From an uncultured Azospirillum sp. (GTDB lineage Bacteria > Pseudomonadota > Alphaproteobacteria > Azospirillales > Azospirillaceae), in NCBI GenBank assembly GCA_937960755.1, contig CALGOL010000245.1, forward strand, positions 1 through 57,657: a stretch of 57,657 nt of DNA. The letters run 5' to 3'. The notes below the pieces were generated by a model. It was not told the origin of the DNA and searched no databases. It saw only the letters and a program-made list of their open reading frames with translations. The translations under genes were made by a program, and so were the position numbers. Shown one piece after another: positions 38,824 to 46,329 of this stretch (position 1 is the stretch's first letter; the number at the start of each line of letters is the position of its first letter).

Positions 38824-40134
38824 ATGAACGACACAGCGCCCTCGAATGCGGCCTTGGCGCTGCAGCAGGTGGACATCATCGCCATAACGGTGAGCATCTG
38901 GTCCGGACGCAAGAAATTGACGTCCGAAGACCTCAAGGTTGACGACGCCATGCTGCCGCCCGAAGAGGTGGCCAGCCTCGGCCATAAAAAAGTGATGGAC
39001 CCGGAGGCCCTGGCCCCCTTCCATCAACTGAAAAAGCAAATGGAGCGCATCGCCGAAAAGGCGGGCTTCCGGTTCTTGGGCGGCTACGCTGTTCCAAAAT
39101 CGAAAACCGCCTGCGTCGCGACGGGGATCAAGAAACTGATCGCCGAATTCGAAACGAAACGCGCGGCGTTCATCGCGGGTTACGACAATGCGGTCGAAAA
39201 CTGGGTGGCGAAACACCCGGAATTCGAAGCGCCGCTGCGGCGGGCGATCGAACCGGCCAACGTCATCGCCGGCAAGATTCACGCGCGCATAGCCGTCTAC
39301 CAGGTATCGCCGTCCGAACAGGACGACGGCTCGTTGGTAGAGGAAGCGGGTCAAATGACCGACCTGCTTTTCGGCGAAGTGGCGGCGGCGGCGAACGACA
39401 TGTGGGAACGCGTGATCGCCAACAAGCTTGGCTCCACGCAAATCAACCGCCGCAACGCCGCCCCGCTGCGGGCGCTGCGGGACAAACTGGACAGCATGTC
39501 GTTTCTGGACGGCGGCATCGCCGTCGTCGTCGAAAAAATCGACGATGTCCTCAACCATTTCCCTCCGGAAGGGCCGATTACGGGTGCGCTCTATCACGAA
39601 GTGATGAGCCTGCTCCAAATCCTGTCAGACCGGGGGAAAATAAAACGTTTCGCCGCCGGTCTGGCGGCTGAAGGCGGCGGCGATTGGTTCCAACAAGCAC
39701 CCATGCCGACGGTCCAGCCCAAAGCGGACACCATGACCACCGCTTCCGGCGGGGATGAACCGCAAGGGGATTTCTTCGGCGACCTCTTCGCCGATATCGA
39801 ATTCGGCGCCGGGAGCGAAGCCGAACCCCTCGCATCCATCGAAGCGGCGCCCTCCTCTTCGGTGAACGACAACCCACCCGCCGCCGCCGGCGCAATAACA
39901 GCGCCTGTTGCGGCGGAACAACAGCCGATTTCGTCGGCGCCGAAACCGGAGCCTTTATCCGCTTCTTCACGACGCCCCCCCGCTCGCAAAGCGGCGGCGA
40001 TCATGACGAAAGCGGGCAGGAGCCTGGATGCCGATGAGGACGACAAGCAGGGCTCAGCCCCGCACGCCGCCCCCTTCATCGTCATCAACGGCAAAACGGC
40101 ACAGACGCTCCCAAGCGTCGACGCCTTTTTCTGA
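38824..40134 (+). CDS. DUF3150 domain protein with disordered tail
   Basis: SIWSGRKKL, LPPEEVASLGHKK, GFRFLGGYAVP, KLDSMSFLD; AGGAG RBS. Confidence 0.85.
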   Translation: MNDTAPSNAALALQQVDIIAITVSIWSGRKKLTSEDLKVDDAMLPPEEVASLGHKKVMDPEALAPFHQLKKQMERIAEKAGFRFLGGYAVPKSKTACVATGIKKLIAEFETKRAAFIAGYDNAVENWVAKHPEFEAPLRRAIEPANVIAGKIHARIAVYQVSPSEQDDGSLVEEAGQMTDLLFGEVAAAANDMWERVIANKLGSTQINRRNAAPLRALRDKLDSMSFLDGGIAVVVEKIDDVLNHFPPEGPITGALYHEVMSLLQILSDRGKIKRFAAGLAAEGGGDWFQQAPMPTVQPKADTMTTASGGDEPQGDFFGDLFADIEFGAGSEAEPLASIEAAPSSSVNDNPPAAAGAITAPVAAEQQPISSAPKPEPLSASSRRPPARKAAAIMTKAGRSLDADEDDKQGSAPHAAPFIVINGKTAQTLPSVDAFF

Positions 40135-40208
40135 ACGACGCCAAACCACGACAAACACCTTTTTCGGGGCCGGGATGACTTTCCGGCCCCCAAGGAGAAA
40201 CCGAACCC

Positions 40209-41966
40209 ATGCAAACCGCATCCACCCTCCAGCGCTCAATGCCGATCTTGGCGGCGGCGCTGGGACAAAAATTCGGCGTCGAGGTGCTTTTCTCCGGAAC
40301 GGAGATGCGCACCGACGGCGCCAAAATCTGGGCGCCAGCGATTGACGCCGGCCCGGAAATCCAGTCCGTCATCAAGGGCGTGATCTGCCATGAGGCGGGG
40401 CACATCCGGTTTTCGGACTGGCGAACCATCAGCGCCGCGGGAACCAACCCTCTTCGCCGTCACATCTTCAACGGGATTGAGGACGTGCGGATTGAAAAGG
40501 CGCTCAGCGCTGAATGGCCGGGAACGCCGCAAATGATGGAGGCCCCCTTAAGGTGGCTGATCGACAACGGAAAAATGGCGCCGGTGCAAGCGGATGATCA
40601 TCCGGGTTCCATCCTGGACGGCTTCACCCTCTATCACCTGCGTCGCTACGTGTTGAACCAAACCTGCCTCGACAGCCTCGCACGGCAAGCGGAGGCCGTA
40701 ACGATCCGAACCTTTCCCAAGGGTGCTATCGTTCGGCTCAAGATGCTGCTGCAACAGGCCTCGACGCTTTCTTCAAGCGCGGAGGCCCTGCAGTTAGCGG
40801 ACGCCATCCTGGCGATGCTGGACGAAGAGGCGAACAAGGAACCCCCGCCGTCGGCCGGCGATGACGACAACGATCAGGCCGACGGCGACGATAATGGCGA
40901 CGGCGTAAACCAGAGTCCAACCTGTGCGGCTGATGCGCAATCAGCTTCGGATGGTCAACAAAGCGGGAGCAATGGAGAAAACGACGATCAAACCGGGGGG
41001 CAAAACCAACCGGCATCGTCCACAATCTCCAACGCCCCCGCAGCCGACGGCCGGCAAGCATTGCAAGCCGCGCTCAACGCCGACGACGGCGCGTGGACAT
41101 CCCACGATCCGTTCGCCGCGGCGCAAGAAGCGGTGACGGGCGTTGCGAAAGCTGCCCCCCAATCACAACGGTTGACGACCATGGCGAGGCCGATTCCATG
41201 CCCGCCCGGCACGAACACCAACGTTCTGAAGACGGCCCGCGACCACAGCGGCAAGCTCTCTACATGCTTGCGCGGTCTTGTGCAGGCCGCCCGGCGGGAC
41301 GACGTCTCGGCGAGGCGAAACGGCGCCAGACTGCTTGGCCGTCGTCTGCATTTGACGGCGGTCGGCAGCTCAAGCGTTTTCGAACGACGCGATGAGCAAA
41401 ACCGACCGAACACGGCCTTGCACATTCTGCTGGATCGGTCGTTTAGTATGGCCAAGGCGGTTCACGCGGGCAAAACCTCCAAGCTTGAAACCGCCCTTGA
41501 AAGCGCTTTGGCGCTGGCCCTGGCGTTGGAAAGCATCTCGGGCGTCAACCTCGCCATCACCGCATTTCCGGGCTTCATTGGCGAGCAACCACTCGCCAGC
41601 GATCATCCGGGTGTCCATGAACTGCTGCGTCACGGGGAGCGGGTGGCCGGCGGGATCTGCCGATACGGCTTGCCGGCGAAAGGCGGCACGCCGATGGCTG
41701 AAGCCTTGTGGTTTGCAGCCGCCAAGCTGCTGACCGCAACCCCGGAACCTCGAAAGGTGATCGTCGCCGTTTCCGACGGAGACCCTGACAACATCGATCA
41801 AACCCTGGACATCGTCAGCCGCTGCAACGCCTCCGGCATTGAGACGATCGGCATCCGCATCGGCCATGACGGCGCCCGCCTGTTTCCGGTGAGCGCCTCA
41901 ATCTCTGACGCCGGCGAATTGAAAACCGCCCTCTTCGATCTGGCGAAAAGCCTCTTGACGAGCTGA
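40209..41966 (+). CDS. CobT-like HEXXH plus von Willebrand A protein
   Basis: HEAGHIRFSD, IEDVRIE, acidic linker, MIDAS LLDRSFSM, GGTP, VSDGDP. Confidence 0.9.
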   Translation: MQTASTLQRSMPILAAALGQKFGVEVLFSGTEMRTDGAKIWAPAIDAGPEIQSVIKGVICHEAGHIRFSDWRTISAAGTNPLRRHIFNGIEDVRIEKALSAEWPGTPQMMEAPLRWLIDNGKMAPVQADDHPGSILDGFTLYHLRRYVLNQTCLDSLARQAEAVTIRTFPKGAIVRLKMLLQQASTLSSSAEALQLADAILAMLDEEANKEPPPSAGDDDNDQADGDDNGDGVNQSPTCAADAQSASDGQQSGSNGENDDQTGGQNQPASSTISNAPAADGRQALQAALNADDGAWTSHDPFAAAQEAVTGVAKAAPQSQRLTTMARPIPCPPGTNTNVLKTARDHSGKLSTCLRGLVQAARRDDVSARRNGARLLGRRLHLTAVGSSSVFERRDEQNRPNTALHILLDRSFSMAKAVHAGKTSKLETALESALALALALESISGVNLAITAFPGFIGEQPLASDHPGVHELLRHGERVAGGICRYGLPAKGGTPMAEALWFAAAKLLTATPEPRKVIVAVSDGDPDNIDQTLDIVSRCNASGIETIGIRIGHDGARLFPVSASISDAGELKTALFDLAKSLLTS

Positions 41967-41984
41967 ACAGCAAAGGAATGGAAC

Positions 41985-42437
41985 ATGACGAATGTATGCG
42001 TCACAACCGACGCCAGCTTCCACGAACGTTTCGGTCTTGCGGGCTGGGCGTCGTGGATAGCGATCGAAGGTGACCACCACCCCACCCTGGTGAGCGGGTA
42101 CTTTCAGGCATCCGACAGCGTGGAAGCGGAAACGCGGGCCTTGGCCCACGGCGTCTGCGCAGCACTTGAACTCCTGACCGGTTGCGAGACCATCACAATC
42201 ACTGCGCGCTCCGACAACATGCACGCGGTCGGCGTTCTATCCGGGGTGCGCTTCATGGATCCCTTGAGACAAGGGGACATGGAAGCGTGTCGGCAAACGC
42301 AAACCCGCGTGTCGCTAGCCGGCGCGCACCTAGTCGTCATCCACGCGGGCGACGGCCCCGAACTTCGCTGGTGCGATCTTTCGGCCCGCGCAGCAGCTCA
42401 ACTGGCGCGCGGACTTGAACGCCCGCGCGCCTCGTAA
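41985..42437 (+). CDS. RNase H-like protein
   Basis: TTDASF, SVEAETRA, RSDN, WCD: all four acidic catalytic positions present. Confidence 0.7.
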   Translation: MTNVCVTTDASFHERFGLAGWASWIAIEGDHHPTLVSGYFQASDSVEAETRALAHGVCAALELLTGCETITITARSDNMHAVGVLSGVRFMDPLRQGDMEACRQTQTRVSLAGAHLVVIHAGDGPELRWCDLSARAAAQLARGLERPRAS

Positions 42438-42533
42438 ACCCATCCCTTAACCTTCAATTTCATCAACCCTTTGAGGGCGTTATCCGTCCCCAAGGGGGAC
42501 GGTCGCCCCTTTGGTTCAGGAAAGGTCATCTCC

Positions 42534-43868
42534 ATGAGAAACCAAGCATTCAAGCTCGACGCCGACCAGGTGCGCGCCGCCGCCGAAGGCCGCTGGCTTG
42601 ACATCCTGCAAAGGCTGGCGCCCGAAATCGACGAACGGGCATTCGCCAAACTCGGTCGCCACGTCACCTGCCCGATCCACGGGACCGGTCAGAAGGGCGG
42701 CCACGGCGACGGCTTCCGCCTTTACAAGGACGCCGCTCAAACCGGCGGTTGCGTGTGCAACACCTGTGGGAATTTTCCCAACGGGTTCAAAACGCTCCAG
42801 TGGCTGAAAGGCTGGACATTCACGCAAGCGCTTCAAGCGGTGGCCGACGTCCTCGGCGGCCACATGATTGACAACGCCGGCGCTCTGCCGGCGCATAAAC
42901 CCGCCCCTGCTCCTCGCGGCCTGTCGGACGAATTCGTCCGCGAGCTGCGCAAAAAAATCTGGCGGGGCAGCCTGCCCGTGAACAGCGCCGCAGCCGAACC
43001 GCTGCGGCGCTACCTTGACAGCCGAGGGCTTGATCTGGACATGCTCCAGGTCAATGCCAGAAGCTTCCGTTTCCATCCGGAACTGGAATACATCGGCAAC
43101 GACGGCAAGCCGATCGCGACATTTCCCGGCCTCCTGATGGTGGTCTCGAATGCGCGAGGCGAAGCGGTCAACATCCATCGGCTCTACCTGTCGTCGGAAG
43201 GCGGCAAGGCACCGGTGGAAGAGCCCCGGCTAATGATGCCGGTTTCCAGAAATGAAATGATCAGCGGCTGCGCCATCCGCACCACGCCCGACGTTCCTCG
43301 TGTCCTCGGCGTTGCGGAAGGCCTCGAAACCGCCCTGTCGGTCACTAAGGCCACCGGCATCCCTTGCTGGTCGCTTTACTCGACGCGCCTAATGGAGCAG
43401 TTCGAAATTCCGGAAGGGGTTGAAGAACTGATCATTTGGGCAGACAAGGACCGCAAGGAGGGCGGCATCGCCGCGGCTCGGGCGCTGAAGGCGCGGGCAT
43501 GGGAGGCGGGCGTTAAAGCCCGTATCCTGTTGCCTGCCCAGGAAATTCCCGAAGGGAAAAAGGGAATTGACTGGGCCGATGTGCTCGAATTTTACGGCAT
43601 GACAGGCTTTCCAAAGCTCAACATCGCCGAAAACAGTGCGACCGCTTTGGCTCCCACGCCTGCGACGCCTCATCTCGTCGAGAAAGACGAGACGGCGGCC
43701 ATGACGTGCGACGCCGCAGGCGCGCCTGTTTTGCCGCCGCAACATCTGTTGGAAACGAAAGCGGCTGAAACGACTGCGGCAAAACCTGATCTCGCCGCCG
43801 ATCCGGCCTTCCGGTCTGTCGGTCAAGAGAAGAAGAAAGGTTTTTTCGCTCGCCTGTTCGGCGGCTGA
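42534..43868 (+). CDS. Zinc-ribbon plus TOPRIM primase-like protein
   Basis: CPIH...DGFR...CNTCG, YLDSRGL, VAEGLETALS, WADKD, DWAD. Confidence 0.88.
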   Translation: MRNQAFKLDADQVRAAAEGRWLDILQRLAPEIDERAFAKLGRHVTCPIHGTGQKGGHGDGFRLYKDAAQTGGCVCNTCGNFPNGFKTLQWLKGWTFTQALQAVADVLGGHMIDNAGALPAHKPAPAPRGLSDEFVRELRKKIWRGSLPVNSAAAEPLRRYLDSRGLDLDMLQVNARSFRFHPELEYIGNDGKPIATFPGLLMVVSNARGEAVNIHRLYLSSEGGKAPVEEPRLMMPVSRNEMISGCAIRTTPDVPRVLGVAEGLETALSVTKATGIPCWSLYSTRLMEQFEIPEGVEELIIWADKDRKEGGIAAARALKARAWEAGVKARILLPAQEIPEGKKGIDWADVLEFYGMTGFPKLNIAENSATALAPTPATPHLVEKDETAAMTCDAAGAPVLPPQHLLETKAAETTAAKPDLAADPAFRSVGQEKKKGFFARLFGG

Positions 43869-43880
43869 AGCCAGTTGGGG

Positions 43881-43913
43881 AGGGGGCTTGCGAAAGCCAG
43901 CCCCCTTTCTTTT
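43881..43913 (+). terminator. Intrinsic terminator ending the ssb-primase operon
   Basis: AGGGGGCT/AGCCCCCT stem followed by TTCTTTT. Confidence 0.75.
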
Positions 43914-43928
43914 CCGGCGATGATGAGG

Positions 43929-44150
43929 TCACATTGAGGCCAAGGCCGCACGTCCAGCATCGGACAGACGTTCATGTTGGCGCCCCTCGTGCCAATGACC
44001 GGCTTCGATCCAGCCGACGGCTTGAAGCCTGTCAAGCGCTCCTTTGACTTCATGCCGAGGCATGTTCGCGACACGGGCAATTTCAGCCCATCCCGCGTGA
44101 GGTGAAAGTTGGCTGACTGCTTTCAAAACGGCGATGTCGATTGCGTTCAT
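43929..44150 (-). CDS. Small winged-helix protein
   Basis: WAEIARVANMPRHEVKGALDRLQAVGWIE...LSDAGR. Confidence 0.55.
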   Translation of the reverse strand: MNAIDIAVLKAVSQLSPHAGWAEIARVANMPRHEVKGALDRLQAVGWIEAGHWHEGRQHERLSDAGRAALASM

Positions 44151-44296
44151 GTCATGCTATTTGGATGGCGATGATCGGCCACAAACTGCCGCAGCCGGAA
44201 ACGCCTGCGTCAGTGCCTCGAAGACGGTACGAAGGCAGAGGCGCCATTCCTGAGGCGCCGGCGGATTGATCGGTAAGCTGGACATAAACCTGGTCG

Positions 44297-44542
44297 CTAC
44301 CTTTCTGGATTGGCTGTTGAGGGCCGCGGATTGATCCCGTGCCCCCGCCACGTCTCGGCTTTGCCGCCGCAGATGGCGCATGAGATTTTCCGCATGGCAG
44401 TGGTAACCTGACAGCCAGGGCCAAGCCGATTCACCAGCGCTGGGATGCTGGCCTCAAAGTTCCTGTCGCACCTTGGGCAGCGGCACCATATGTGATGGTC
44501 CGGCTGTAGGTTTCCGAGGGTATCGGTGACGGCGCCGGTCAC
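44297..44542 (-). CDS. Small zinc-ribbon protein
   Basis: CPRC...CAICG; AGGAGG RBS before GTG. Confidence 0.6.
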   Translation of the reverse strand: MTGAVTDTLGNLQPDHHIWCRCPRCDRNFEASIPALVNRLGPGCQVTTAMRKISCAICGGKAETWRGHGINPRPSTANPER

Positions 44543-44567
44543 GCGCGAGCCTCCTATTCCGGATCGT

Positions 44568-44762
44568 TTATGGGAGGCGGCAGGCGGCCTCGTATCGACC
44601 ACGCTCGGTCAACTCATCATCGGATGAGATCAATCCGAGGCGATGCAGCGCCTGCCATGTTTGGCCCGCGCCGCCAGCCATCGACCGGCCATGGATGTGG
44701 CTCCACTTTCGTCCCTGGAAGTAGCTGATAATCGCTTTTTCCATCGCCCGCGAAAGCTTCAT
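44568..44762 (-). CDS. Small hypothetical protein
   Basis: 64 aa, ALHRLGLI...LTERGR winged-helix-like ending. Confidence 0.4.
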   Translation of the reverse strand: MKLSRAMEKAIISYFQGRKWSHIHGRSMAGGAGQTWQALHRLGLISSDDELTERGRYEAACRLP

Positions 44763-44814
44763 GGGCTTTGGAGGCCCATTCGATCCTGATGGCACGCCTT
44801 GCTCCTTTTCTGGA

Positions 44815-46092
44815 TCAATGTGAGCGGTCAAGTGTGGCGGAAGCTTGGAAGAGCCGAGCGTCGATGGCACGCGCAATCAGGCTGCGATTTGTGTCGCTGC
44901 AGGCACGGAAGACCACCAGCCGTTCGAACCCCTCGCGACCGAGGGCGAGCGCCATCTTCCCGAATACCTCATCGGCAAAGCTGCTGGAGAGCAGTGGAAC
45001 CTCTGCCATGTCAATAATGGCGCGCTTAGCCTGCGCCATAGCAATCAAGTTGCATAGCTTCGTCCGAACGTTGGCCGCACAGCGACGACTACCCAGGGCT
45101 TCTGCCTCGGTCGCGAGAGGGAACATAATGACCCCGTCCTCTTGATCCTCATAGGTGGTTTCAATGTGGTCAACCGGAATCCACGGGCGATCGCGGAATC
45201 GCAATGCCTCCGCCAGTACCAGTGGTCTTGCATAGCTGATGGCCGCCATAACGGCAGTTCCAGGAAAGAACCTATGGTCCCCTTCGACGCGAACGTGACC
45301 GGACCTCATCCAGGAAAGATAAGCCCGACCCGAGTTAATCGTGAAGGCTCCTCCGCTGGTTGCGCAGATCCGAAACGAGCCATAGAGGCCGTTGCCCATG
45401 CCGGTGCCACGGGTCACCCCTTCCTTAATGGCTTCGGTGAGAGCAGTACGGTCGTCCCAGTCTGAGTTCACGCAGGTCCGCAAAGAATGCGGGATACCTA
45501 AACCGCTGTCGGCTACAACGTACTCAATCTCCTGGCTGGCTCGCCGGATGCTGAGTTGCATTAGCCCGTGACCGGTGGCCTTGGCCGTCATCTCTGCCTC
45601 GGTGCTGGCGGAGTGGACCAGCACGTTGTCGGTGATCTCGTTGAGCGACCACTCGATGGCGCTCAAGTGTTCGCGGGATAAGTGCGTAGTCGTGCGTAGG
45701 ATCCGGTCAATAGCTAGATTTACCAAACGGTGCTGCGTCTGTCCGTTGGCGAATACATGAGTCGGTAGGTCCCGGCCGTTGTCCCTGTCCCCTAACGGTT
45801 GTGTCGGATCAATCAGATGCGCCCAGTTGCAGTTCACAAAGTGTTGTGCGAGCGCAGCGTTACGGGGCAGTTTCAAACGAATACGAACGCCGTCCTCCTG
45901 GTAGCGCTGCATCAAGGCGACGATCGGCAGCATGGTGTCGGGAAACGCAAGCTCCATCTCTTCGGCATCGAGATATAGTTCGCTGTAGCCACGGAAATCG
46001 ACCATATGTTTGCATTGCGAGTAGAGGGTGCGAACATCGGCGACATACAGTTTTTGAGGCAGGGTGATGAGGTTTTCCGGATTCTTCGGCAT
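44815..46092 (-). CDS. STAS-like, HATPase (anti-sigma kinase-like) and DUF4325 fusion protein
   Basis: EITDNVLVHS (N box), VADSGLGIP (G1), GMGNGLY (G2), PGTAV; C-terminal SSSFADEVFG. Confidence 0.8.
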   Translation of the reverse strand: MPKNPENLITLPQKLYVADVRTLYSQCKHMVDFRGYSELYLDAEEMELAFPDTMLPIVALMQRYQEDGVRIRLKLPRNAALAQHFVNCNWAHLIDPTQPLGDRDNGRDLPTHVFANGQTQHRLVNLAIDRILRTTTHLSREHLSAIEWSLNEITDNVLVHSASTEAEMTAKATGHGLMQLSIRRASQEIEYVVADSGLGIPHSLRTCVNSDWDDRTALTEAIKEGVTRGTGMGNGLYGSFRICATSGGAFTINSGRAYLSWMRSGHVRVEGDHRFFPGTAVMAAISYARPLVLAEALRFRDRPWIPVDHIETTYEDQEDGVIMFPLATEAEALGSRRCAANVRTKLCNLIAMAQAKRAIIDMAEVPLLSSSFADEVFGKMALALGREGFERLVVFRACSDTNRSLIARAIDARLFQASATLDRSH

Positions 46093-46329
46093 CTCGCAGC
46101 TCGCTCTCCATTGATAGACAGCGGCAGGTCAATGGCTGCCCGGGCATCTCAGCGCCGGACGGCGGTTGACCAGGCTGGGCCAGATGCTTCGCCATGCCCC
46201 AATGCAAATGCCGCGGCGGGATCAAGTGCCTCCGGATTATCGGCGTCCTCCGGAGGCTGTCGACTGATCGGTTCAGGATCCTGGATGGATAATCGATGAC
46301 GGTTCATATTGGCATACGCCCCCCAACTC

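Noticed and set aside
36933-41966. cobS/cobT as cobalamin biosynthesis genes
   Set aside because: No cobN or other cob genes; context is the IncC/SXT AAA-VWA backbone.
6348-43868. Element as an integrated SXT-like ICE
   Set aside because: No tyrosine integrase or att/tRNA site in the window, while repA, iterons and parABS are present.
46093-46329. Third gene between the ATPase and the STAS-kinase gene
   Set aside because: Only a short - strand ORF with no clear RBS or motif; unsupported.
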